A stretch of 63,993 nucleotides of DNA, counting the filler, from Dimargaris cristalligena (lineage: Eukaryota): NCBI GenBank assembly GCA_003614675.1. It is 7 parts of 7 records of this genome, joined end to end, with 100 filler letters (N's around TTAATTAATTAA, not from the genome) between each part and the next. Parts side by side here need not be neighbours in the genome. Positions count along the whole stretch, not along the records: positions 28,228 to 37,527 come from ML003269.1; positions 37,628 to 46,916 come from ML003271.1; positions 47,017 to 56,304 come from ML003272.1; 4 more parts are not named here. One strand, 5' to 3'. Numbering within the stretch: position 1 is the first letter of the stretch; every line of letters begins with the position of its first letter. Below, in pieces: positions 36,192 to 47,427 of the stretch. The notes under the pieces were generated by a model. It searched no databases and was not told the origin of the DNA. It was given only the letters and a program-made list of their open reading frames with translations. Both the position numbers and the translations under genes were made by a program.

Positions 36192-36479
36192 TGCAACCGC
36201 CCGACGAATCCCCGGCCCGCTCTCCCTCCCCATCACGTGACAGAACTCCGGCCGGTCCCCCAACGAGCGAAGCAAGCGCGATAAGCGCCGGAACCGAAGA
36301 ACCGTAATCAAAAGCGTAATTATAAATTAAGCGAAGCTATGCAAAATCGAGGAAAAGTGTGTTTCAATAAAATATTTAACTTATTAACTAACATTCATAA
36401 TTCACCCAAATTTACCCTATCCCACCTCGGACTCGAACCCTACTGGTAAAATCCCTCGGTCCACCTCGACCCCATTACA
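36192..36479 (+). mobile_element. 5' LTR of a gypsy-like retrotransposon
   Basis: TGCAAC...ATTACA termini, TATAAAT at 36321, AATAAA at 36366, directly followed by a PBS-position sequence and a gag-like ORF. Confidence 0.7.
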
Positions 36480-36484
36480 AAACT

Positions 36485-36498
36485 TTTTATTGAAACAC
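36485..36498 (+). promoter_or_regulatory. Putative self-priming primer-binding site
   Basis: TTTTATTGAAACAC is the exact reverse complement of GTGTTTCAATAAAA (36359-36372) inside the LTR; no TGG tRNA-type PBS. Confidence 0.65.
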
Positions 36499-36538
36499 CA
36501 TCTTTGAAACTACCCATCCATCCATCCATCCATCCATC

Positions 36539-37330
36539 ATGAGTAAACCCGGAAATGAAGTCGACATGGAAATCGAACCGGCCCCGGTCTTCGTACCCAC
36601 GAGCGTAAATATGGCGGAAGAGATTCGACACCTGACCCCAACATTCGATGGAAGCCAAGAAGGACCGACCTGGGAGGTATGGCTGTCCACAATCTCTAAA
36701 CATATGGACGACCTGCAGCCCAACTGCCCGCCGACTACCCGCTACCGGATCATGATCACCCTGTTTCACCCGAGCCTGAAAAGGGACTTGCTCCTGGCTG
36801 AAATTGGAGACTACGACAGTCTCAAGGAGTACATGGTGCGACGATACCCGGCTGAACTATGGGCAAACTTCTTCATGACCGAGGTGTACCAAGGCACCCT
36901 ATTCATCGGAATGAACATCCACGCGGCGAAGGCCCGAGCCAGGACAGCTATGAACCACTATGGAGGAAACAGTGCCTGGTGCACGGGGGTCCTGAATGCC
37001 TTGATGACCGAATTCCAGGACCAGTTGAACCGCGCTACGAACGACCTTTGGGAATACGATGAGCTGAAAGAGAAGGCCCAATTCTGGGAACACCTAAACC
37101 TGATTGAGAAGGAAGTCCTCCGCGATCAAAAAAGGGAAGCCCGCCAACTCGCGCAAGCAGGGAAACAGCGGATCCCGCGAAACACCGAGCCGCCCCACGC
37201 CGAACGAAATGACCAGCCGACCAACCGCCAGGGAAACCCCGAAAGGATCTCCGTTAAACCGCGACCGGCTCCTAAAACCGAGGGACGCGCAAAACGCCGC
37301 TGTCACAGAGTGGTGGTGTCAAGCCACTAA
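36539..37330 (+). CDS. gag: Retrotransposon Gag-like protein (C-terminus probably damaged)
   Basis: PTFDGS...WEVWL capsid-like motif, basic/disordered C-terminus, remnant zinc knuckle (CHR..GGV.SH split across frames); element truncated by contig end. Confidence 0.7.
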   Translation: MSKPGNEVDMEIEPAPVFVPTSVNMAEEIRHLTPTFDGSQEGPTWEVWLSTISKHMDDLQPNCPPTTRYRIMITLFHPSLKRDLLLAEIGDYDSLKEYMVRRYPAELWANFFMTEVYQGTLFIGMNIHAAKARARTAMNHYGGNSAWCTGVLNALMTEFQDQLNRATNDLWEYDELKEKAQFWEHLNLIEKEVLRDQKREARQLAQAGKQRIPRNTEPPHAERNDQPTNRQGNPERISVKPRPAPKTEGRAKRRCHRVVVSSH

Positions 37331-37527
37331 AATGAACAACAAAATATATCAAAAAGGGCAGGGTGGCTTCTCCAGGCGAACTGGTTAGTCACTCTATGAA
37401 ATTCTTTAAAAATATAATACTTTTTATAATAAAATAAAACCAGTTTAAACCAAAGTAATAGAAATACCTGTTTGGAAGCTCAAAAGGACCATTTCCTTGG
37501 CAACCACAACTTCAGAGGCATAAAGAA

Positions 37528-37627
37528 NNNNNNNNNNNNNNNNNNNNNNNNNNNNNNNNNNNNNNNNNNNNTTAATTAATTAANNNNNNNNNNNNNNNNN
37601 NNNNNNNNNNNNNNNNNNNNNNNNNNN
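37528..37627. other. Artificial contig spacer
   Basis: N/TTAATTAATTAA/N, 100 nt. Confidence 0.99.
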
Positions 37628-37746
37628 GGGGTGCATCACAGTCAAGGGTATAAAATATAATAATAGAAAAAACAATATAATAATAAAAATGGAGGAAAAA
37701 TGGATTAAAAATAAAAGTAGGTAAAAAATGTGGTAAGTTCACCACA
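37628..37746 (-). mobile_element. LTR-like family H terminus, inserted into an LTR family A copy
   Basis: AAAATAAAAGTAGGTAAAAAATGTGGTAAGTTCACCACA shared with 9417-9471; family A sequence resumes mid-LTR at 37747. Confidence 0.75.
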
Positions 37747-37968
37747 GCCATGAGGACTTAGAAGACTCTGTTGGGAACTGGAAGAGTCATTGGATTAGTA
37801 CAGGAGTGATTAGTGTGAACTACAGAGTCCAGTGGGGGAATGGTTATATAATGTAGGATGATCCCATAGTACTGGAGGTAACTAGGGGGAGGTTAATATG
37901 GCACTATAAGGCCTAATAAGGGTGGACAATCATTAAGTCTGGATTAAGTTAGATTAGGAGGGCTAACA
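37747..37968 (+). mobile_element. LTR family A, 3' part
   Basis: Aligns to ~20060-20283 and ends GGAGGGCTAACA. Confidence 0.8.
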
Positions 37969-38048
37969 ATCTCACTTAATATCTCAAATAAATAAGGCTT
38001 GCTCATATTCATTTACTATTCTTACAAAAACATAGATAATAGTTGATA

Positions 38049-38186
38049 TGGGAGTAGTTCAATAAGGCTGTATAACAAAAAATCCATTAGATAAGGAAAG
38101 TACTACTGGTCAAAAATCATCACCCTGCCTATTTTTCCATACACATATTAGTTAAAACCTTATACAGTTGAGCCAAACTTCACCCA
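38049..38186. mobile_element. MITE family M, full copy
   Basis: TA|TGGGAGTAGTTCAATAAGGCTGTATAA...TTATACAGTTGAGCCAAACTTCACCCA. Confidence 0.85.
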
Positions 38187-39054
38187 TTTGAAAAATTACC
38201 ACAGGAAGTAGCCAAGCCAATGTAATAATTGTAAACATTCATTCACAGGGCCTGAGAGCATAAGCCACTATTTGGAAATATACATCAGTGGAAACCCTAT
38301 AATTATTTGAATATGATGAAGATATTGGAGTGCATCTCCCCCCAAGTGCCATTTACTATATTGGATATTTGGAGTTATCATATTGATTCAAATCTCCTCT
38401 AATAAATACTACCACAGAGAGCTTAATCATCTCCTTTCAGTTCTTTCCTACTTTTATCTAATTTACATAGGCCTCATTTATACATCTTGAATTATCAGCT
38501 ACAAGAGAACTTGTGGTTTATCCAACAGAATATACATTTACATACCACATTCAAATTAACTAGTGTCTCACAATAAAATAAAAACTGTTCTTATGACTAT
38601 AGCTATTGCATTAGTTGTTTTCCATTGCTAATAATCATGCTGGAATCTTATTATCTCCAGTGATATGTCCAAGGACTAAAAATAGTGGAGACCTCTGATC
38701 ACTCTCTATATTGAATGTGGTCAACGGCTTTGAAAGTAAGCATGTCCCTAACATAAATCACCTGAAACATAAGAAATACAGAATAATAGTCTGAGATACA
38801 CTAGTTCATAGTGTTGGAACTATAGATCAAGTGGTAAATACAAGGTCTTCTTTAAGAAATATAAAAGAATATTAATGCAAAAAATAAATAAACATCAGTG
38901 CCATTGGCAAATAATGCCTGTGGCTGGTTTTATGGAGTAGGATTAGATAAATGACCTAGTTAAATTGGTACAATGCAATGCTGTCACCGCTAAGTGGATG
39001 GATGGTATTACTTTATCCCCTTTCCCCACCTATTCATCTCTTTATGGTCAAATA

Positions 39055-39169
39055 TAGGTGAAATTTGGCCCGACTGTAAAAGAGATTAAATGATTATTGT
39101 ATCGCGAATAAGTTCGTTGGATGAGGCATTTATTACTGGTTAAAAATACATCTCCCGCCTAATCTCCCA
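39055..39169. mobile_element. MITE family M, degenerate copy in the GUP1 upstream region
   Basis: TAGGTGAAATTTGGCCCGACTGTA...TTGGATGAGGCATTTATTACTGGTTAAAAA...TCTCCCATA. Confidence 0.6.
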
Positions 39170-39437
39170 TACATTTATCTTAATGGGTATACTATATGCA
39201 TGGGGGGACTCGTAAGCCCATTCGGCTGCCCTACAGGGACCATTCTTTTCTATTACTATATCCATCTGCCTTATTTACCCTGGCTTCCTTTAGACAATCT
39301 ACGCCATCTCAAACTTGTGAAGTCGCTGCTTTATATTTCCACTGTTTTTACTACACCGTCCTCCCCACCAAAAGCTAGAAGAAGTATATCGCAACCTAAC
39401 CTAGAAGTGACGACGCCCTCTATCCGCATTCACTTCT

Positions 39438-41513
39438 ATGCCGACTCGTTCCGCCGTGGCCGATTCGGCCCCCCACCCCGCCACGGCTGCAGCTGCTGCC
39501 GAGGCCCCGCCATCACCCACGACAGCCAACTTCAGTCTCAAACCACCAAAGCCCCCCCTCTGGCACACCCGCGAATTCTACGTCTACTACGTCGCCTTCG
39601 TGGTGGTGCTCCCGTATATGTTTTACGCCGGCTATAACCTGAGTTCCGACCAACACCCCAATTACGAGGTGTACAAGGGCCAGTTGACGGAAGGCTGGCT
39701 GTTCGGCCGCCAAATCGATAACAGTGATACGCAGTACCGTGGTTTCCGGGACCACTTGCCGCTGCTGAGCCTGGGTATGGCCGCGTTTGTCGCCGTGAGT
39801 TGGGTCAGCACCTGGGCTTTTGGACGACGGGGCAGTCTGACCCCCGGGACCATTAGTCCGGCCTTACAGGCCACCTCGCCCTCTAACTTATTCGCCACGG
39901 CTTCCTCCCGGTTCAGATGGCCGCGGGTCATTCCCCGTATCTATATTTCGCTGTCGCTGTCCCTCGTCTTTCTATATGTAGTGTTCGGTAATAGCCTCCT
40001 GATCATTGTGACGCTCACCCTCATCAACTATATCCTAGCCCGGTGCCTAGGCGGCATCCCGTATGTGGGGCCCATTATCTTTTGGGTCTACAACGTCGGT
40101 ATGCTGCTCCTCAACGAAACGTACCGCGGGTACCGTTTTGCTCACTTACACCCGGCCCTGGCTCCGTTGGACCATAACCGGGGCATTATGACCCGCTGGG
40201 ATGTATTCTTCAATATCACCATGTTACGGATGGTGTCGTTTGCCATGGATTACCACTGGAAACTGCAGGCTGACCGGTCTGGTAAAAAGCCCTCGCCGCT
40301 GCAGCCCGAGCCCGAGACCGAGGTGGATCCGGACGACCCGAGCGCTCCCTTGACCAAGACCGGGGGTACTTCCCCCTCCACCTGGCACGACCACCCGGCC
40401 CCCCTGACTGACCGCGACCGAATCACCCAGTCGTGCCCACTCGCCGACTATAACATATTCCACTACTGGGGCTACTTATTTTACGCCCCGCTCTACTTTG
40501 CCGGCCCCATCATATCCTTCAATAATTTCATCTGGCAGCACCGGTTTCCGTCCACGGAAGTTGCCGCTCGCAGCACCATGCTCTACGGTCTACGTCTCGC
40601 CGGGTCCTTGTTCACCATGGAATGCATGCAGCACTTGTTTTACGCCATGGCCATTGCCCATACCAAGGCCTGGTCGGGACTCACCCCGTTCCAAATCAGC
40701 TTGGTCGCCTACCTCAATCTCAAGTTCATTTGGCTGAAACTCATGATCATGTGGCGGTTCTTCCGGTTCTGGGCCATGTGCGACGGGCTAGAGGTCCCCG
40801 AGAATATGCGGCGGTGCATGACCAACAACTATTCGGTACAGAGCTTCTGGCGCGATTGGCACTGCAGTTTGAACCGCTGGCTGGTGCGGTACCTTTACAT
40901 CCCACTCGGCGGGCGCAAATACTCCGTGTACAACATTTGGGTCGTGTTTACGTTTGTGGCTATTTGGCACGACATTTCCCTCCACCTGCTAGCCTGGGCC
41001 TGGCTCATTTGCCTCATTATCGTACCGGAACTGGGCCTGACTTTTGTGTTCAACCGCCCCCCTTACACTACGCACCCCTACTTCCGGCATTTCTGCGCCG
41101 CCGGATGTGTACTTAATATTTTCTTAATGATGATAGCTAACCTGGTGGGGTTTGCCGTTGGGGTGGATGGCGTCCAAACCATGCTTAGTCAGATTGTCTG
41201 CCTGCAGGGAGTGGCCTTTATATCAATCACCATGGTGTGCGTGTTCATCCTCGTCCAGGTGATGTTCGAAATCCGCGAAGAGGAATATCGGCGGAAATAC
41301 CGAACCGAGTTCGAGAAATGGCAATATATTAAAGGCGGTCGGAGGGAACGAACCGGCGCAGCGAAGCACCGGGACTCGGGTTCGTTGCTGAGCGAGGTCG
41401 GCGATGAACACGATAGCCTATCGAGGACATATCCGTCGGATTCGACCCAGTCCCACACCACCAGCATTAGAGTTCCCAATGAGGCCATACCACTGCAGCC
41501 ACTGCGAAACTAG
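39438..41513 (+). CDS. GUP1: MBOAT O-acyltransferase, glycerol uptake protein 1-like
   Basis: GWLFGRQIDNSDTQYRGFRD, FNITMLRMVSFAMDY, YAPLYFAGPIISFN, FWRDWHCSLNRWLVRYLYIPLGG, FVAIWHD catalytic His. Confidence 0.93.
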   Translation: MPTRSAVADSAPHPATAAAAAEAPPSPTTANFSLKPPKPPLWHTREFYVYYVAFVVVLPYMFYAGYNLSSDQHPNYEVYKGQLTEGWLFGRQIDNSDTQYRGFRDHLPLLSLGMAAFVAVSWVSTWAFGRRGSLTPGTISPALQATSPSNLFATASSRFRWPRVIPRIYISLSLSLVFLYVVFGNSLLIIVTLTLINYILARCLGGIPYVGPIIFWVYNVGMLLLNETYRGYRFAHLHPALAPLDHNRGIMTRWDVFFNITMLRMVSFAMDYHWKLQADRSGKKPSPLQPEPETEVDPDDPSAPLTKTGGTSPSTWHDHPAPLTDRDRITQSCPLADYNIFHYWGYLFYAPLYFAGPIISFNNFIWQHRFPSTEVAARSTMLYGLRLAGSLFTMECMQHLFYAMAIAHTKAWSGLTPFQISLVAYLNLKFIWLKLMIMWRFFRFWAMCDGLEVPENMRRCMTNNYSVQSFWRDWHCSLNRWLVRYLYIPLGGRKYSVYNIWVVFTFVAIWHDISLHLLAWAWLICLIIVPELGLTFVFNRPPYTTHPYFRHFCAAGCVLNIFLMMIANLVGFAVGVDGVQTMLSQIVCLQGVAFISITMVCVFILVQVMFEIREEEYRRKYRTEFEKWQYIKGGRRERTGAAKHRDSGSLLSEVGDEHDSLSRTYPSDSTQSHTTSIRVPNEAIPLQPLRN

Positions 41514-41660
41514 GGCGGCAGAGACTGTGTGCCCAGAGGGTTGCGGAGATTCTATTACTATACCATTTTGTCATTTTTATAAAGTTTTCGTTAAAGCCTA
41601 GGCCTCACTTTTCCGTTTATAGATGCACCCCCTGCTAGTTGTATGAGGAATTTTTTGATA

Positions 41661-41799
41661 TGGGTGTGATTCAATCTAGCTGTTTGGCGGCAAATCCAGT
41701 TTATATATTAGGGAATACCAGTTAAAAATAGTTGGACTGCTTTATATAAATATATGCATAATATGCTAACCCTCATACAGCCGAGTTATATTTCACCCA
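41661..41799. mobile_element. MITE family M-related copy
   Basis: TA|TGGGTGTGATTCAATCTAGCTGT...ATACAGCCGAGTTATATTTCACCCA|TA. Confidence 0.7.
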
Positions 41800-42656
41800 T
41801 ACTATAGAGCTATGGTAGAGTTTTGCAAGCTTAGGATCAGTGTAAAATGTATTACCTTGGTTGAGAATATAAAATGTATTAAAGACAAACATATACATAG
41901 TACAAAATGGTCTTAGAAACCTGTATTTTTTTTGTCCGCGGATTTGAGATATTGGACTAGAGATCAGACTATTGAGAGCTGACGAGCTGGCTATTATACC
42001 TTATTTACGCCTATATTCTACTAAACTTGGTATTTGCCTTGTGCACTCCAGGAGTGAAGTTGGGTTCCAGGGATGTGGCTGTGGACAACCTAACAATCGA
42101 TGAGCGGGGTATCTTCGAACGAACATGGTAGCCCGTGGTCAAGGTAGCATCCATTTAATCGTTAACCTTTGCCGCCGTATGCTTTGGACGCAAATCGGAT
42201 GTGCCTGGTAATGAGTGCAATTTTGATTGGCGAGTCGGACTGGTTGTGAGAATTATTGCACCCCTTTCATTAATCAAGTTTCATGACCTTCTCTGCGGTC
42301 GCTCAGTGATTACTAATTGCCCGTGGATTTACTCACTACCCTCATGACTGGGGCCCTCGTTCCTGGCCTAAACAAACCAGGACATTGATCGCGAACTGAA
42401 ACCCCACTGGGTTCCGCGCATCGAGCGGTAATCCTGAAACACCTGCCTAAGTAGGTGGGTGAGGGGGGGCTCCTTTCTATATAAACCAGGTATAAAGCGA
42501 CCCGCGGAACTGAGAAACGCCTTGTACTCCTTCACGTATCCATTAATCACGGCACTTTCAGTAGGTAGGAAACCCTTCTATAATATTTTCATTTATTACT
42601 GATTTAAAAAACTATATACGTAGTTTGTCATTCGCAACCCCTATTCCTATCTCAGC

Positions 42657-43589
42657 ATGGCTTCCGGTCGTACGTTTAAGTTGAACTCCGGTAGCGAGAT
42701 ACCCGCTTTGGGCCTCGGCACGGCGCGTGCCAAGGAAAATGCCGTCAGAGAAGCCGTCGAGGTAGCCTACCGGGCCGGCTATCGCCATTTCGACTGCGCC
42801 GCCTTGTATGCCAACCAGGACGAAGTCGGCGAAGCGTTCCGTAACCTATCCATCGATCGGCCCAACACGTGGGTCACCTCCAAGCTTTGGAATACCGAGC
42901 ATCGCCCGGAGGACGTCGGCCCCGCCTGTGACGCAACCCTCCGCCAGCTGGGTCTGGATTACCTTGACTTGTACCTCATCCACTGGCCCGTGGCTTTCCG
43001 GCGCGACGGCACTAAATTCTGCACGTCCCTCAAGGATTCCGAGGGCACGCCCATCCGGGACGAGACAGTGTCGATGGTCGACACGTGGAAAGCCATGGAA
43101 AAGCTGGTCCAGGCGGGCAAGGTCCGGCATATCGGCGTGTCCAACTTCAATATCCCCCAACTCGAATACTTGCAAAGTATAGCCAGTATTCCCCCCGCGG
43201 TTAATCAGGTGGAAATCCACCCCTACTGTCAGAACAGAAAACTACTCGAGTACTGTCGGGCCAACGGGATTCACTTGACCGCTTATTGTCCGTTGGGGTC
43301 GATCGGAAAACCCAGTGTATTGGACGACCCGGCGATTCAGGCGGTGGCCCAGGAGACGAACCGGTCGCCAGCGGAGGTGTGCTTGGCCTGGGGGATTCAG
43401 CGGGGCTATTCGGTGATTCCGAAGTCGGTCACCCCCATGCGTATTCGGGACAATTTCCAGGATGACCTGCGGTTGACGGACAGTCAGATGAAACGGATCA
43501 GCGACATTGACCACACCGTACGTGCTTGTGATGGCCGTATCTGGTGGAAGTTGGATCAAGATGCCCTATTCGACGACGATAGCCACTAA
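42657..43589 (+). CDS. Aldo-keto reductase (AKR1/Gcy1-like)
   Basis: IPALGLGT, GYRHFDCAALY, VTSKLW, DYLDLYLIHWP, IGVSNF, NQVEIHP, VIPKS; TATATAAA at ~42478. Confidence 0.95.
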   Translation: MASGRTFKLNSGSEIPALGLGTARAKENAVREAVEVAYRAGYRHFDCAALYANQDEVGEAFRNLSIDRPNTWVTSKLWNTEHRPEDVGPACDATLRQLGLDYLDLYLIHWPVAFRRDGTKFCTSLKDSEGTPIRDETVSMVDTWKAMEKLVQAGKVRHIGVSNFNIPQLEYLQSIASIPPAVNQVEIHPYCQNRKLLEYCRANGIHLTAYCPLGSIGKPSVLDDPAIQAVAQETNRSPAEVCLAWGIQRGYSVIPKSVTPMRIRDNFQDDLRLTDSQMKRISDIDHTVRACDGRIWWKLDQDALFDDDSH

Positions 43590-44053
43590 TCGGGTCTTTG
43601 GTGGCATTATATTGGCTATCCATAGTGGTAATTTTTAAAATAAATGAATAAGCAGCCGGCATTAATGGGATAGCGATCTACAGTAAGAATATATGTTTAT
43701 GACTCAAGTTAATGGCCAGGGCTTGGTCAAACACATATCCAACATGGGGGTTACCTGGGGAAAATATTATTCACTAAAATAACTATTGCCTTAGTTCAAC
43801 ACATGGCATCCAGGTACTATGTCTTTCAAGTTCCCGTCAATTCCCTTGAAATTAACCCCTGCAGAATTTTTTGGGTGTCCCAGCTGCATAAAGGTGCACT
43901 TGCTGGGTAGGTGAATTAATAACCTAGCAACAAAGTGGCCATCCGAAATGTGAAAAAGGAAGAACTGGGGATAATGTATTATTTTTTGAAGACGCGCCAT
44001 TTAACTAGATGGAGCCAATAATGATTGAATATGTGCATTTCATTTTATGTAGT

Positions 44054-45366
44054 TTAATCAGTTATACTCAGGTACTTTACTTCTGACCTGTATGTTGGGG
44101 GTTTCGCAAGATGGAGAAACGGCCAGAGGAAAGCCCATTGGGACTGGGTGGCCTTCTGAATAGATATTAATGGTGTATGTGTACGTGGTGTAGATGATGG
44201 ATGAAAAGAGGATGGTGGTAAAGTTGAGGAACAGTGAGAATGACTAAAGGATTCAGTAGCTTTAAGGGTTAAGATAGCTATGTACAGGAAGTACCAGACC
44301 ATTAGCTAGTTTGGCTAATCTGTACGTTGATGCTGCCACACGGATGGGTGTGACTTACCTCACTAAGGAATGCGATGGTGGATTCGGTCGCCGATGAAAT
44401 AGCCCGGCGCGAGGCATCTTTAACAATCTGACCGACATAGGGGACCCACTAAATAGATAGTAACGGTAATAAAGCAATACCGGTATGTAATGAGTAATAT
44501 GAGAGCAATTCTAGTTGATTAAGCCGCCTTTTTAAAAAAATGGCGGTGCCCATCCCAGAAAAGGTTCGTATATTGACCAATCCCATATAAACTATTTGGG
44601 GATACAATTCACGGTACCACTATAAAACATGGCTTACATTGTCGATTATGTAGTCGATATCGGACTCCATCCAGTCGATGAGAGGTTTTGCGCAGTTGAC
44701 ATAGATTGGATCCACGCCCTATACCCCGAAAGAGAGTGGATTGGGGTCACGGACAAGCATTCACAATCGAAGAAGGTAATTGGTTAGAGCATTGCTGCTA
44801 GGGAGCCAACAGCCAATCGTAGGGTGACTCGCTTAATGAAAACACAATCGGGCGACACGTTGAAGTCGTTGACGAGGAGAGACATATCCTATCCAACAGA
44901 GATATCCCCGAGCATGGGTCGAGGGATTGGCGAGGGCGATTTAATTCAGATATTCGCCAGTGGGAGGGGGGGTATATAACACTTACCACATGTGGTGGAA
45001 GCAAAAGAAACACCAAGAACAGGAAATGAAAGTGGTCGTAGAACGGCAGCCAGTTGAAAAGCAGGGCCATGGTACCTTCGGTCGTAAAATACACGGTAGT
45101 GACAATCCAGAAGGCCAAATGCTCCCGAATACGCCCCAATTTACCCGACTGGAGGGCCTTGAAGGACCGGTAAAAACCGAGCACAAAGCTAAACACACCA
45201 AAGGTCGAGTATAGGGAGGGGGCGGGGTTAGGGCAGCGGCAATAGTAAAGCGGTTAAGGGGCTGGCGACAAGGGGCAGTTAGTGCTGAGCCTCGCTACCC
45301 GGGCATATGAACTAGCGTAGACTTGACCTACCTGTAGATGCCCAACACGGACAGCAGTAAATGCAT
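44054..45366 (-). CDS. TB2/DP1/HVA22 (REEP/Yop1-family) protein; exons 45366-45332, 45188-44987, 44718-44638, 44427-44359, ~44156-44054
   Basis: Spliced product MHLLLSVLGIYSFVLGFYRSFKAL...LAFWIV...WLPFY...LLLP..GVDPIYVNCAKPLIDWMESDID; canonical GT/AG boundaries in phase; last exon uncertain. Confidence 0.8.
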
Positions 45367-46916
45367 ATTGGACGTGACCGCGGCAGCCGCCAAGACTTGG
45401 TGCGCTTTAGGTACTGGGAGATTAGAAACGGGGTGGGTTCAATAATAAATAGTTATAGAAGCAAAACCGAGAAATGAGAGCAATAGAAGACAGTGGAGAA
45501 AAACAAGCAGCCGGCAAAGGCCATGGCCAGTGGGGAGAAGACAGCACCTAGCGGAGAGTGAAAAGCAGACAAAAGCCTGAGTAGTAGTAGTGAAGGTCCC
45601 GAGCTGTATACTACATTATGGGGGAATAGAGTGGCCGTGGTTTTACTACAGAAGGACACGTGGACTGGCTGTGGGTGCCAATGCACAGATGCTGTTCAGC
45701 TGGTCGCAGTGTTATTATGTTGACGCAGTCTAAAATGCCCCTTTTAGTGGCCCATCGGGCAAAACAATTAGCGTATCATCGACTCATCAATACGGTTGAG
45801 GTTCAGCAAAGCGGTATAGGGTTTGGAATGAACCGGGTGTAGTAAAATCATTCAATCGAGCGGTGTTTTATACAATAGAGCCTAATAGGGCCCTTATTTC
45901 GAGACAGGGCGCTGCCTCTGGGCAATATTCCATAAACACAATCCAGCCACGCAAATCAGAAAAAGCAGTCGTTGGTTGGAGTAGCTACAGACTATAAAAT
46001 TGCTATAAAAGCGTTAAATGTATAGCTACTTTACAGTGGTACTGGAAAAAGGGTAACAAAATACACACTGGCTGATGATGATACATGGAATGCTAGCTTT
46101 TACCGAAATTTATTTCAATAGGACCAATACAAATTATATAAATCCTTGAAATGTCCGAAATTGCCACCAATCAGACTGTACTATTCGTCCCAGTATTGTA
46201 GACAGTGGTGTGGCTTTTTCAACCTACCGGTTCAATAATTTCCATTGAAACAAACAAAGGGCCTCATCCGAAGTCCTTACATTCTTCACGCAGCCACTAT
46301 GGCATTATCATTAATATGCAATAGTCCAAATGAGTCGTCTTAGTATTTCTTTTTATTATATTTTATGACCGAAACATATATGTACTCATTCACTAATCAA
46401 TTATCCATCAAAAAAAGTGGGTAGTATAAATAGGGCATATTTTCGCATCGAAAATCAACTTTATACACAAATTTATTATATAGGAACAAATTTAAAGATA
46501 CACATTTAACCTGCTCATTGACAGGCACCACCTTAGTTTGTATTATACGGTGGCCGGTACAATTGGCAAGCCCCTGTCTGCATCAGAAAGGGGCTTGTCT
46601 CTTTCGGTTGTTGGGTAATCCCTACCCAAGACACAGGAAGGGCTACCCATAATATCCCACTGGGGGCGGATAACATATTTTGTGCCCTGCATTACTGCAG
46701 GGAACGGCCTGTATACTGCTGCACAGGTCGATACATTTTGGAGGATGGGCGTTGAAATGGCCATTGGAAAGGGAAAGGGGGGAGAAAATGAGGGCCGGAA
46801 GGGGGAATACAAGGATGTAAGTGGTCAAAACTGTTATGAGGGAGGAGTGATGATTGTTCTATTTCTTCATCGAAATGATTGAAAATGAGTGTATATTTGG
46901 CAAGGACTTCAGTCCA

Positions 46917-47016
46917 NNNNNNNNNNNNNNNNNNNNNNNNNNNNNNNNNNNNNNNNNNNNTTAATTAATTAANNNNNNNNNNNNNNNNNNNNNNNNNNNN
47001 NNNNNNNNNNNNNNNN
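46917..47016. other. Artificial contig spacer
   Basis: N/TTAATTAATTAA/N, 100 nt. Confidence 0.99.
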
Positions 47017-47094
47017 TTTGTACTGCCGGAACCCGAGAGAATAATTATGGAGGTGTCCACACGTTCATCAATGGAGCGACTATGCGAATATTTA

Positions 47095-47173
47095 TGGGCG
47101 GCTTATTTTTAACTCAAAGTTTCTGCCTAAACCAATAGATTTTTCGTTATACAGCTTGGCTGAATTTCTCCCA
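47095..47173. mobile_element. MITE family M, partial copy
   Basis: GATTTTTCGTTATACAGCTTGGCTGAATTTCTCCCA|TA. Confidence 0.7.
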
Positions 47174-47427
47174 TATTCTGTCGGGCGACCATATCCATCA
47201 AGGATCCTCTATTTACTTAAATACAATTATTTCGGCGAATCTAGCTTACAAACTGGATCAGGTAACATTATCTGGAGTGCGGGTAGATCCACCGGCCGCA
47301 CACAGCCATGTCAAAAATAATAACAGGTAAACGGACTGGATGGCCCGAAGGCGAGTTACCAAACGCCTCGGCTGGTTATAGCGCGCACACGATTCTCTCC
47401 TAAGGCCACGTCGTTTACTGCTATACT

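Noticed and set aside
39438-45366. GUP1 next to an aldo-keto reductase as a glycerol-metabolism cluster
   Set aside because: GUP1 is an acyltransferase rather than a true glycerol transporter, and AKR substrate cannot be inferred; adjacency alone is insufficient
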